From an uncultured delta proteobacterium (GTDB taxonomy: Bacteria; Desulfobacterota; Desulfuromonadia; Geobacterales; DSM-12255): a DNA stretch of 64,000 nt. The translations under genes and the position numbers were made by a program. The notes beneath the pieces were generated by a model. The model saw nothing but the letters and a program-made list of their open reading frames with translations. It did no database searches and was not told the DNA's origin. Positions 29,377 through 39,800 of this stretch are shown here, piece after piece. How positions within the stretch are numbered: position 1 is the stretch's first letter; each line of letters begins with the position of its first letter. The DNA lies in the NCBI GenBank assembly GCA_963787125.1, contig CAWBBV010000020.1, forward strand, positions 10,393 through 74,392, written 5' to 3'.

Positions 29377-31023
29377 ATGGGAATGTTCTGTAACCAGTGT
29401 GAACAAGCAGCAAACGGAGTCGGCTGTAATATTTCCGGCGTATGCGGCAAGAAACCCGATGTAGCTGCACTTCAGGATCTGCTGCTTTATGCACTCAAAG
29501 GAGTAGCAGTTTACGCGTCAAAAGCTCGCGAACTCGGAGTCAAAGATGCATCTATCGACAGATTTGTTGTGGAAGGGCTCTTTTCTACTGTCACCAATGT
29601 CGACTTTGATGCTGACAATATCGTTAAAGTTGTCCGCAATGCAGTCCAGATGAGAGATCAGGCAAAAGCGCTTTATGAAAGCGCCTGCAAATCCGGGTCT
29701 GTTGCCGTTGTAAACTTTACGACCGGCCCGGCAGTATGGGCTCCTGCGTCAGATCAGGCAGGCCTGGTTCGTCAGGGTGAAGGGTACGGCCTCAATACGC
29801 TGCATGTAAACGAGGACATCCGCTCCGTGATCGAGATTCTTACGCTCGGACTGAAAGGTATGGCCGCCTACATGGATCATGCTCTGATTCTCGGCAAGAC
29901 CGATGACGAAGTGCTCGGATTTTTCCACAAAGCACTGGCGGCTACGACTGACCAAAGCCTCGGTCTGATGGATTTTGTTACCCTCTCCATGGAGTGCGGT
30001 AAACACAACATCACCACCATGGGGCTCCTCAACACCGCTCATACAGATAAGTACGGCCATCCCGTTCCTACTGCCGTAAACCTTGGTACCCGTGCAGGCA
30101 AGGCGATTCTTGTCACAGGTCACGATCTGAAGATGCTTGAAGAGCTTTTGAAGCAGACCGAAGGCAAAGGGATCAACATCTACACACATGGTGAAATGCT
30201 CCCTGCACACGGCTACCCGGGACTCAAAAAATATACTCACCTTGTCGCTAACTTCGGCGGTGCCTGGCAGGATCAGGCCAAAGAATTTGCCAACTTTCCC
30301 GGCGCTATAATCTTCAACACAAACTGTATCCAGAAGCCTTCTGACTCCTACAAGGATCGTCTCTTTACCTGGGGGCTTGTGCAGTGGACAGATGTGAAAC
30401 ATATCGACGGTTGGGATTTCTCTGCAGTAATAGCAAAAGCAAATGAACTTGCTGGTCTGCCTGAAAACCCGGGGCAGGAAATTCTGACCGGTTTCGGTCA
30501 CAATGCTGTTCTTGGCGTAGCAGACAAGGTAATTGCAGGGGTCAAGGCAGGAGCTATAAAACACTTCTTCCTGATCGGAGGCTGCGACGGCGCAAAATCA
30601 GGTCGTAACTACTACACAGAATTTGCCGAGCAGGTACCAAAGGATTGCGTTATCCTGACACTGGCCTGCGGCAAGTATCGCTTTAATAAACTGGAATTCG
30701 GTGATATCGGCGGAATCCCTCGCTTGCTTGATGTTGGCCAGTGTAACGACGCTTACTCAGCAATACAGATTGCCGTTGCCCTTGCAGGAGCCTTTGAGTG
30801 CGGAGTAAACGATCTGCCGCTCTCCTTCATCCTCTCATGGTATGAGCAGAAAGCTGTTGTAATACTTCTTTCGCTCTTCCATCTCGGCATCAAAAACATC
30901 AAGCTCGGACCAACTCTGCCAGCGTTCATAACCCCGAACGTGCTGAACTTTCTGGTAGAAAACTTCAATATCGGCCCGATTACAACAGCTGAAGCCGACC
31001 TTAAGGCAATCCTGGCTTCATAA
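29377..31023 (+). CDS. hcp: Hybrid cluster protein (hydroxylamine/NO reductase)
   Basis: MFCNQCEQ..GC...GVCGK, TGHDL, THGEMLP, GGCDG, GQCND, SWYEQKA. Confidence 0.96.
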   Translation: MGMFCNQCEQAANGVGCNISGVCGKKPDVAALQDLLLYALKGVAVYASKARELGVKDASIDRFVVEGLFSTVTNVDFDADNIVKVVRNAVQMRDQAKALYESACKSGSVAVVNFTTGPAVWAPASDQAGLVRQGEGYGLNTLHVNEDIRSVIEILTLGLKGMAAYMDHALILGKTDDEVLGFFHKALAATTDQSLGLMDFVTLSMECGKHNITTMGLLNTAHTDKYGHPVPTAVNLGTRAGKAILVTGHDLKMLEELLKQTEGKGINIYTHGEMLPAHGYPGLKKYTHLVANFGGAWQDQAKEFANFPGAIIFNTNCIQKPSDSYKDRLFTWGLVQWTDVKHIDGWDFSAVIAKANELAGLPENPGQEILTGFGHNAVLGVADKVIAGVKAGAIKHFFLIGGCDGAKSGRNYYTEFAEQVPKDCVILTLACGKYRFNKLEFGDIGGIPRLLDVGQCNDAYSAIQIAVALAGAFECGVNDLPLSFILSWYEQKAVVILLSLFHLGIKNIKLGPTLPAFITPNVLNFLVENFNIGPITTAEADLKAILAS

Positions 31024-31045
31024 AAAATCTTAGTGAGACATTACA

Positions 31046-31088
31046 AAAAAAGAAGGGTGCAGAATCAATTTCTGCACCCTTCTTTTTT
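31046..31088. terminator. Bidirectional intrinsic terminator
   Basis: AAAAAAGAAGGGTGCAGAA...TTCTGCACCCTTCTTTTTT. Confidence 0.88.
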
Positions 31089-31105
31089 AATCAAACATGA
31101 CTGGT

Positions 31106-31369
31106 CTATTGGGGAGTAGCACAATACCTGCATGGATTTTCCTGCCATTTGATCCATTCACCGCAACTTGAACATTGCCTGAAATGCCCCTCAACTGCTT
31201 TTTTTGGCTTTTCAAACCAGACAATCATGATGCAGATTGGGAAAACGGCGGAACCGATCCCCCATAAAACCGGATTCCGGCCACGGTTATACGCCATCAC
31301 CCCACCGGTAACTGCAAATACGGTCGGGACAAGATATAACAAAATAGCCGGTGAAAAAATATCTACCAT
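31106..31369 (-). CDS. Small membrane protein with C-terminal zinc ribbon
   Basis: AAGGAGG RBS, MVDIF start, two TMs, CSSC...CRYC. Confidence 0.7.
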   Translation of the reverse strand: MVDIFSPAILLYLVPTVFAVTGGVMAYNRGRNPVLWGIGSAVFPICIMIVWFEKPKKAVEGHFRQCSSCGEWIKWQENPCRYCATPQ

Positions 31370-31420
31370 TTTTATCCTCCTTAGGGAACAGTCGGCAAAG
31401 GATAATAAACGGCACAAGGA

Positions 31421-31600
31421 TTAATTGCAATCAGCTTTCCAGAGGCATTCCGTCTGTCCGCAAACACCAGACTTTCCCATACCGAAACAAGGCTCGTTAC
31501 CTTCACTGACTTGTAACACTCGGACTAGCTCAATTTTCTTCAAACTGCCACTTTTTAGCCCACGTTCTTTGGCAATGGCTTTGATCTCCTGCATATTCAT
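31421..31600 (-). CDS. Small SAP/Rho-N-like helical protein with a 4-Cys tail
   Basis: GGAGGAG RBS; MNMQEIKAIAKERGLK...KKIELVRVLQ..EGNEPCF...CGQTECLWKADC. Confidence 0.75.
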   Translation of the reverse strand: MNMQEIKAIAKERGLKSGSLKKIELVRVLQVSEGNEPCFGMGKSGVCGQTECLWKADCN

Positions 31601-31796
31601 ATTACTCCTCCACAAAAATTAAAGATTAGCGCTGCTTCGCATTATTAACATATGTCAATAAAATATACTCCTAGCGTAAACAATTTTCAAGTTCGCTCTC
31701 GACAAATTCTGTTTTTTTTAATATATTTCCGCTACAAAACTTCGTTAAAAACAAGCCGCGCTTGTTCAATCCCAAAACTTAAAGGAGCTGCAGAGT

Positions 31797-33422
31797 ATGT
31801 CGACAAAACCTTTCGTGTATCAGGACCCCTACCCTCTTGACAAAGATCGCACAAACTACCGCAAGATAGAAGGTTCGGAACAGTATGTCACTGTTGAGCA
31901 GTTTGCCGGCAAAGATGTTGTCCGTGTATGTCCGGAAGCTCTTACTGTTCTTGCCAATGAAGCGATGAAAGATGTCTCCTTCCTTCTTCGCCAGGAACAT
32001 AACGAATCGGTTGCTAAAATCCTTCGCGATCCTGAAGCCTCCATGAATGATAAGGGTGTAGCATTGGCGTTTCTTCGCAACGCAGAAATCTCCGCCAACT
32101 TTGAACTCCCTATTTGCCAGGACACCGGAACAGCTACAATCGTCGCCAAAAAAGGTCAGCAGATCTGGACCGGCGGCAAAGATGAAGAGTCACTTTCCAA
32201 GGGGGTTTACAAAACTTACACGGAAGAGAACCTGCGCTACTCACAGACAGTTGCACTCGATATGTACGAAGAGATAAACACCGGGACAAACCTTCCTGCC
32301 CAGATCGATATTCAGGCTGTTGACGGCGACTACTACAAATTCCTCTTCATGGCAAAAGGTGGCGGTTCGGCAAACAAGACCTCACTTTTCCAGGAAACAA
32401 AGGCGCTCCTTACCCCTGACACCCTGGTGAAGTTCCTCGTAGGGAAGATGAAGTACCTTGGCACTGCCGCCTGCCCGCCCTATCATATAGCTATCGTTGT
32501 CGGCGGAACCAGTGCAGATGCCTGCCTGAAGGCCGTCAAACTGGCCAGTGCCAAATATCTTGACGAACTCCCGACAAAAGGGAATGAGCATGGCCAGGCT
32601 TTCCGTGACCTTGAACTCGAAGAGAAGCTGCTCCAGGAAGCTTACAAACTTGGTATCGGCGCACAATTCGGCGGTAAATATTTCGCCCATGACATCAGAG
32701 TTATCCGTTTGCCGCGCCACGGTGCATCCTTGCCGCTGGCAATGGCTGTCTCCTGTTCAGCCGACAGGAACATCAAGGCTAAAATTACCCGTGAAGGTCT
32801 TTTTGTTGAAGAGATGGACCGCAACCCAGGACGATTAATTCCGGACCAGTACCGTGGCAAGCATAGCCATGGGGTGAAAATTGACCTTAACCAGCCGATG
32901 CAGGATATCCTGGCCGAACTCTCCAAACACCCGGTATCCACCCCGCTGCTTCTAAGCGGCACAATTGTTGTCGGTCGCGATATCGCTCATGCCAAATTCA
33001 AAGAGATTATCGACTCAGGAAAGCCTGTGCCGGAATATCTGCTCAAACACCCGATCTACTACGCCGGCCCGGCAAAAACTCCGATGGGAAAACCTTCCGG
33101 CTCTTTTGGCCCGACAACTGCGGGCAGAATGGACTCCTACGTTGACCTTCTCCAGTCTAAAGGGGCCAGTTTGATCATGATTGCCAAAGGGAATCGCAGC
33201 CAACAGGTTACTGATGCCTGCAACAAGTTCGGCGGCTTCTACCTCGGTTCAATCGGTGGCCCTGCAGCCGTTCTGGCTGAAGAGAATATCAAGAAGGTTG
33301 AATGTATAGACTTCCCCGAACTGGGGATGGAAGCAGTCTGGAAGATAGAAGTTGAAGATTTCCCGGCTTTTATCCTTGTGGATGATAAGGGTAACGACTT
33401 CTTCAAACAGCTTGGGCTTTAA
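31797..33422 (+). CDS. fumB: Fumarate hydratase class I (Fe-S)
   Basis: [36 protein letters not shown]. Confidence 0.93.
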   Translation: MSTKPFVYQDPYPLDKDRTNYRKIEGSEQYVTVEQFAGKDVVRVCPEALTVLANEAMKDVSFLLRQEHNESVAKILRDPEASMNDKGVALAFLRNAEISANFELPICQDTGTATIVAKKGQQIWTGGKDEESLSKGVYKTYTEENLRYSQTVALDMYEEINTGTNLPAQIDIQAVDGDYYKFLFMAKGGGSANKTSLFQETKALLTPDTLVKFLVGKMKYLGTAACPPYHIAIVVGGTSADACLKAVKLASAKYLDELPTKGNEHGQAFRDLELEEKLLQEAYKLGIGAQFGGKYFAHDIRVIRLPRHGASLPLAMAVSCSADRNIKAKITREGLFVEEMDRNPGRLIPDQYRGKHSHGVKIDLNQPMQDILAELSKHPVSTPLLLSGTIVVGRDIAHAKFKEIIDSGKPVPEYLLKHPIYYAGPAKTPMGKPSGSFGPTTAGRMDSYVDLLQSKGASLIMIAKGNRSQQVTDACNKFGGFYLGSIGGPAAVLAEENIKKVECIDFPELGMEAVWKIEVEDFPAFILVDDKGNDFFKQLGL

Positions 33423-33430
33423 CTGTTGCT

Positions 33431-33462
33431 GCCTCCCTGACTCTATCCTGAGTCAGGGAGGC
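33431..33462 (+). terminator. Stem-loop after fumarase
   Basis: GCCTCCCTGACTC-tatcct-GAGTCAGGGAGGC; no U-tract. Confidence 0.55.
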
Positions 33463-33638
33463 TCACGATGCTATGTCCCGGGCAAAGACCAGCGGCAAAA
33501 GCTGCATAACACTGACCACCTTTAAAACGTTGCTGGAGATATCTTAACCGTCCGGTGCAAGCTAGTCACTATACAAATCAATTTATATCTGTTAGGATTT
33601 TCCGGCTTATATCCAAGAAAGTTAAAGGAGTTTTACAA

Positions 33639-34019
33639 ATGAATGGGGCTCGTTCCTTAATCTCAGCTTTTCGTGAAATAAACCGCTCAGACACCACTTC
33701 AATTGCCAACTTCACCCCTTCACTAATAGGCATGTTCGGCTCTATTGGCATATTCGACTCGTTCCTTGCGGAGATAGACGCTGCAATGGCTTCAGGTCAA
33801 ATGCCTGCTAATATCAAAAAACGTGCGGCCAACCTGACCGGCACCTTTATCCCTCAGGTGGCTGAATATAACGGGATCAAGAATCCTGCCGAGCGGAGCT
33901 TTACAGCAGACGAATTAAGAACTATCTCTTCAGGCTCCCTGGAAGAACGCCGTAAAGGGGTTGAAACGATCCTGTCCTCGCTGATTTCGATCCTTAAAGA
34001 CGCAACTGAAATGGCGTGA
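33639..34019 (+). CDS. Hypothetical protein
   Basis: AAAGGAG RBS before ATG 33639; 126 aa, predicted helical. Confidence 0.6.
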   Translation: MNGARSLISAFREINRSDTTSIANFTPSLIGMFGSIGIFDSFLAEIDAAMASGQMPANIKKRAANLTGTFIPQVAEYNGIKNPAERSFTADELRTISSGSLEERRKGVETILSSLISILKDATEMA

Positions 34020-34058
34020 TTTTTAATCTGGCTACGCTAAGCGATTATGCTTCTATTC

Positions 34059-34562
34059 CTACAGATAATCGGCAATTATCACCGCTGCAGCTGATAAAAA
34101 TGCAAGATCGGCGCTAGTAAAATCTACACCTGCACTGTCACGATCTGAACCTTTTCTTGCAATTTGAACCACACCCTTCAGAATATTGCCGCAGATGACG
34201 GGTACACTCATTATCTTCTGAATAGGCACACGCGCTCCTTTTTCAGCGAGGAAATGTTCAAACATATAAAGATGGGGTGTTGATGAAAAGCTGTTATCAA
34301 GCACATCCTTCTTCTCCACAGCCGTCTTGGTAACAAGGCAGCGATGAGCATTCAGAGGAATGCTCCCGATACTTTTGAGCGAGTGGGGCCAGATAAATAC
34401 CAGCGCCTCGCGACTTTCATCCAACAAAAAAATGGCAACTTCATCGCTACTGACGCCAAACGCAGCACCAAGTGAACCTGTTATGATCTCAAGCCTCTCC
34501 ATTGGTGACTTCGCAGCAGCTACTGATTTTTTAAAACTCGCAGTAAACTCATCGATATTCAT
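34059..34562 (-). CDS. GAF-domain protein
   Basis: GGAGG RBS; VAIFLLDE, IMSVPVI..GVVQIARK, FTSADLAFL. Confidence 0.75.
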   Translation of the reverse strand: MNIDEFTASFKKSVAAAKSPMERLEIITGSLGAAFGVSSDEVAIFLLDESREALVFIWPHSLKSIGSIPLNAHRCLVTKTAVEKKDVLDNSFSSTPHLYMFEHFLAEKGARVPIQKIMSVPVICGNILKGVVQIARKGSDRDSAGVDFTSADLAFLSAAAVIIADYL

Positions 34563-34658
34563 GACCCCTCCAAAGGTAAAACAAAAGTGAACAGTAATAA
34601 TCTGACAAAGATACAGCTGCGTAACAAAGTTACTAAACCTCATATATCAGGATTTGCA

Positions 34659-35000
34659 ATGAAAAAAGTAAATTATATGGCGATTATCTCTCTTTTCATT
34701 ATTCTTTCCGCTGCTTTTTCAGCGGCAGAAGGTCTGCCCATATCCAAGTATCTGGAAGACCCCGAGCACAAAAATGAAATCCTCGGCTTCTACCTTGACG
34801 CTGTTTTCACCGGAATTAATCTGGCAAATGAACGGTTAGATCCACCTTTGTTCTGCCTGGATCAAATGCGTTCCGAGTCTGCCTTTACAATCATAGACAA
34901 ACGGGTCATGAAGCTGAAAAAAGAGAAGCGACTTTCTCCGGAAATGACCGTCGACTCGATAATGATGGATATCCTGATGGAAGAATACCCCTGCAAATAA
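34659..35000 (+). CDS. Hypothetical exported protein
   Basis: Signal peptide MKKVNY...SAAEG; LFCL and C-terminal YPCK. Confidence 0.6.
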   Translation: MKKVNYMAIISLFIILSAAFSAAEGLPISKYLEDPEHKNEILGFYLDAVFTGINLANERLDPPLFCLDQMRSESAFTIIDKRVMKLKKEKRLSPEMTVDSIMMDILMEEYPCK

Positions 35001-35273
35001 CAACGATTTTCAACTGAAAACGCTTAATTTCCGCTATTTCTAGATACACTTTTCTCTCCGGACGATATTTTGCACTGCTGCGAACCTTCGCACGAATGCA
35101 AATCCCTCATTTTTATTAATTTTGCACACATTGACTTCATACAAGTTCCCTGAATAAACATTTATTCGCAAATTTGCCAATTCATTTTTTCCCGACAACT
35201 TACCCGGGAGAGAGCCAAAACTTAACCCGCCGTAATAACAAAGCTATTTAATATAACGGCAGGCCGTCTCCGC

Positions 35274-35288
35274 TGGCACGGAATTTGA
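35274..35288 (+). promoter_or_regulatory. Candidate sigma-54 promoter of the MFS gene
   Basis: TGGCACG-GAAT-TTGA (GA instead of GC at -12), about 50 nt upstream of the ATG. Confidence 0.5.
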
Positions 35289-35339
35289 GTATATCGCCTT
35301 GATATTCTATAAAATCGTGCCTTTAGAAGGAGACCTAAA

Positions 35340-36701
35340 ATGTCGAAAAGTTCAAACAAGGGATGGCGAGTTGTTGCTGCGGCTACGACTATCAACCTGG
35401 CTCTCGGAGTATTGTACGCATGGAGCATCTTCAAGGGAGCGATAAAAAGCTCTATTGAAAAAGGCGGACCGGATGCATTTCAGTGGAACCTGGCCTCCAT
35501 TAATGACCCTTATGCCTTATGTTGCCTTACCTTTGCTTTTGCAATGATTCTTGCAGGAAAATGCCAGGACAAGATCGGCCCTGCAAAAACAGCCCTTATC
35601 GGCGGAGTCCTTGTGGGTGCAGGCTTCACCCTGATGGCTTTAAGCAATAGTTATGCTGCATGGGTCACAGGTTTCGGGGTCCTTGCAGGTGCCGGCTTCG
35701 GCTTTGGCTATTCGGCCGCCACCCCTCCTGCGCTTAAATGGTTCTCTCCTGCCAAAACCGGTCTCATTGCAGGAATAGTAGTGGCGGGATTCGGTCTGGC
35801 GCCGGTATACATTGCGCCGCTCTCTTCATGGTTGCTGGGGATTTTCGGCATCCAGAAATCGATGTTTTTCTTTGCGGCAGCCTTCACAATTATTGTCTGT
35901 GGGCTCTCCTTTTATGTAGTAAACCCGCCTGTCGGCTACCAACCTCCAGAACCTGAAAATATCGGCCCTGTGGCAAAACTTAACGCAGCCAAACCGGTAG
36001 TAAATGCAACGGTAAGTGAAATACTCCGTAACTACAAATTCTATGTGCTCTGGGCAGCCTTTTTTATAGGTTCAGGAGCGGGACTCATGGTGATAGGCAG
36101 CGTTGCCGGCCTTGCCAAAAAAAGTATGGGCCCGATGGCGTTTGTGGCCGTTGCCATCATGGCAATCGGTAACGCTGCCGGACGTGTGGTTGCGGGCATC
36201 CTTTCCGACAAGATCGGTCGCCGCGCCACCCTCTTTATCATGCTTGCATTTCAAGCCGTATTGATGTTTGCAGCTGTTCCTGTTGTTGCTACCAACAACG
36301 CCGCCCTTCTTGTCATCCTAGCCACCTTCATCGGTTTTAACTATGGGTCAAACCTCTGCCTCTTTCCTTCCTTTGCCAAAGATTACTGGGGCACTAAAAA
36401 CTACGGGCTTAACTATGGAGCACTCTTCACCGCCTGGGGTGTTGGCGGCTTTGTCATGGGAAAGGTTTCAGAAATGCTCAATGCAGAACCTGGCGGTCTT
36501 GCAAAATCCTTTGTACTCGCCGGGACGTTGCTCTTGGCAGGTGCTGCCCTGACAGTATTTCTTGCAGAGCTAAAACCGGCGGCATCACCTGATGAAACAC
36601 CTTCCCAGTGGAAAGAGTTCTGGGCAGAATTCATGCTTGGCGCCAAGGTGTTTGCCGGGTTTGAAACCCCGGTTGCTCATGTTTCGAAACAATCTGCATA
36701 G
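35340..36701 (+). CDS. MFS transporter, oxalate:formate antiporter (OFA) / monocarboxylate family
   Basis: LGVLYAWSIF, KWFSPAKTGLIAGIVVAGFG, SDKIGRR, about 12 TMs. Confidence 0.88.
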   Translation: MSKSSNKGWRVVAAATTINLALGVLYAWSIFKGAIKSSIEKGGPDAFQWNLASINDPYALCCLTFAFAMILAGKCQDKIGPAKTALIGGVLVGAGFTLMALSNSYAAWVTGFGVLAGAGFGFGYSAATPPALKWFSPAKTGLIAGIVVAGFGLAPVYIAPLSSWLLGIFGIQKSMFFFAAAFTIIVCGLSFYVVNPPVGYQPPEPENIGPVAKLNAAKPVVNATVSEILRNYKFYVLWAAFFIGSGAGLMVIGSVAGLAKKSMGPMAFVAVAIMAIGNAAGRVVAGILSDKIGRRATLFIMLAFQAVLMFAAVPVVATNNAALLVILATFIGFNYGSNLCLFPSFAKDYWGTKNYGLNYGALFTAWGVGGFVMGKVSEMLNAEPGGLAKSFVLAGTLLLAGAALTVFLAELKPAASPDETPSQWKEFWAEFMLGAKVFAGFETPVAHVSKQSA

Positions 36702-36722
36702 GAAAGTTTTTATACTCTTGTT

Positions 36723-36762
36723 GCAATAAAAAAGCCTGCAGTGATGCAGGCTTTTTTATTGC
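36723..36762. terminator. Bidirectional intrinsic terminator
   Basis: GCAATAAAAAAGCCTGCA-gtga-TGCAGGCTTTTTTATTGC. Confidence 0.88.
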
Positions 36763-36813
36763 TAACCATATTCATGAAAAATGCAAGATGCCCATGTTAT
36801 ATATTTACAGTTC

Positions 36814-39800
36814 CTAAGGCCCCACATTATCTCCAGTTGCATATGGGGGTGTATAGGCCACCGCGCTGGTGTATGGAGACTTGCTTCCGCCGCTGAAGGA
36901 CCTTACCCGATAGTTATACTGCTTTAGTGAATCAATCCCGATTCTGTCCGTAAATGTCGTCTCAATAGCGCCAACTGTAGCGATATTAACCCAATTGCCA
37001 TCCCTTATCAACCGCTCTACTTCATAACCCTCCGGCGTACCACAAGCCACAGGCGAACAGCTGATCGGCGACCAGTCAAGCTTGATTTTGAAGGAGTTAA
37101 GGGCGGTTGCAACCAGGTTCTGATCGGGAACATTCATTGAAGTCGCACATTTTTCGTCGCTGTAAACAGAATCGCCGCCACTAATATTCCACGTTTTGAG
37201 TTTGTAGCAGTAGGTGGTGTTTTCTGTCAGGCCAGTATTCCGATATTCAGTTCTTACCGGTGATAGTGACGGACAACCGATAGTTGCAAAGCTGTTGCCA
37301 CAGTAGTTCTCCGCATAGGTCAGCGGAATATTTGTGATTTCGCTGTAGTTACCAGCCCCCTCTTTTCGTTCGATTTTATAATTAGTAGCTCCGAAAACAA
37401 GCTGCCATGACAGATCAACTCTGGCACTGGAGATGGCTGTCGTATTAATTATTGCAGTTGCAGGAGTTGTTGTAGTTGACTGCTCATTGCCTGGCAGGGA
37501 AGATCCGCCGGCATTATTAGTGCTCACCCTGTAAAAATAAACGGTCCCGGCTGAAAGCACAGTATCCGTATAGGTAATCGCATCTGAGGCTGTTGTGTAG
37601 ACTGTGCCCCACCCACCGACAGCTGTCACTTTTCGTTCAATTCTGTAGCCGGTATTACCGGTAACATTGTTCCAAGTCAGGACAATCTGAGACCCTGTCA
37701 CACCTGTCAGGGGTTCAAGAGTTGGCGGATCGAGAGATGTCGTCTGAAATAATTCATTGCTATATGCAGACTCTGTATAGATATTGTAAGCTTTGAGCCT
37801 GAAACAGTAATGTGTTCCTACAGTTAGTCCGCCATGCTGGTAGGATGTGGTGTTTTCTCCGATAAGAATTGGCTCGCTCCAGACTCCGGTAATACAATCA
37901 GCACCGGAACGAGCCTTCCATTCAAGCTTGTAACCGTTCTCGCCTTCAACATTATTCCAATTTAGATTAATTTGAGTCGTTGACGCAGGCACTGCAGTAA
38001 GAGTCGGTGCGGTCGGCTTGGTAATAGTATCTTTGGTTGCACTAAATGCTGAAGTTCCTCCGGGGAAAATATCCCTGATCTGGTAGCGATAGGTGTATCC
38101 GGGGTAAAGGCTGGTTGTATCCTGAAAACTGACACTGTCCTGGGGCACAGAAACGGGAGGGTTACATGACCAGAACCAGTAATCATTCGCGGGATTATTC
38201 CCATAATACCCCACATATTCCGGATAATCAGCATAACCGGCATTGCACCTTTTAATTTCATAACCGGTATTGCCGGGAATATTAGTCCAAGAGAGATTTA
38301 TCTGGGTTGAAGACACAACTGCCAGGTCATTGAGAACCGGTGCCGGTAAAGGCGTAAAAAGGCACTTCTCGTTGCTGGTCACAAGAGGCGGGGGATTATT
38401 CTCCAAGACACTGTAAGCCTTGATCCGGTAGCAATATTGAGTCTCCTGCAACAGCCCGGCGTCAGTGAAGGATGAGGCATCAACAGGCATCCCACTGGCG
38501 CCTGGCAGATCAGCATAGGTTCCGGTTACCCCCAGTTTACGCTCCAGAGTATAGTTGCTCGCTGCATTTATATTGCCCCATGAGACGGTGAGAGATGTCT
38601 CGGAGGCTGGCGAAACAGTCAAGACCGGGGGTGTCATATATGTCCAGGCGCTGATGATGTTGCTAGGGGTTGAGCTGTTGCCGGTGGTGTTGGCGATAAC
38701 GCTGTAGGCATACGCATAGCCGGAAGAACGGTCAGCAACAGTATAGGTCACAACATCTGCAGAAGTGGTACCTGCGGTAAATGATTGAGACCAGATGGCA
38801 GGATTGCTGTAGTTCGAGGGGATGCAATACAGCGTATCGTTAGGGTTGTTGCTGTACCCGCAATAAGCTTCCAGGATTGTATAACCGGTATTACCAGGAA
38901 CGTTCGTCCAGGAAAGAATTATTTTGTCAGTTGCAGAACCGGTTGCACTCAAAAGAGTCGGACTTGTGAAACTGGTCATGACAGGCTTTTCAGCACTGTA
39001 TTCCGAGTTACCAGAGACGTTGTAAGCTGTCACCCGGTAGTAATACTGGGTGTTCGCGGCAAGACCGGCATCAGTATACGTAGTCACCTCAGAAAGGGTC
39101 GTAGTTACCTCGCCCCAAACTCCCCCCAAGCCCTCCCTTCGCTCAAGTCTGTAGCCGGTTTCTCCTTCGACATTGCTCCAGTTAAGCACGACAGAGTTGA
39201 TCGTAACCGCACCGATGGCGGCCATGACCGGTGCTGTCGACAAAGAGGGAGCTGCCTGCTCATTGCTGGGGGATGAGTACCCTGACCCATTACGGCTACT
39301 TACCCGATATGAATAAATTGTCCCGGGGGAGAGCCCTGCATCGGCATAGCTCGTTATATCAGCTGACGTTAAAGCGATCTCACTCCAGATGCCTCCGCCA
39401 ATTTTCCGTTCAACCTTGTAGCCGGTATTTTCTGGCACCTGGTTCCAGGCAAGTGTGATCCGGGTGGCTGAATTAACATTCAGCGGGTTCAATATCGGAG
39501 CGGCAAGGGTTGTGTTGGCACAGCGCACAACTGTTCTCGAGTTCAAACTCCCGGAAAAAGCGTAAATTCGATAACAGTAGTTGGTGCCGGCACTGAGACC
39601 TGTATCGCTTAAATTAGTAGTTCCCGGAGATGCTGTTGCAAGAGTTACCCATTCGCTACCAGGCAGAACCGGACCCTGAGTCCGCTCAACAAGAAAACTG
39701 GTTCCAGGAGTGTTGTTCTGCCAGTGCAGGTTAATTTGACCGTAATCTCCCTGTGGGGAAAGAAGAAAGGGAGCAGGCACCAGGATGTAGTCATGCTTCT

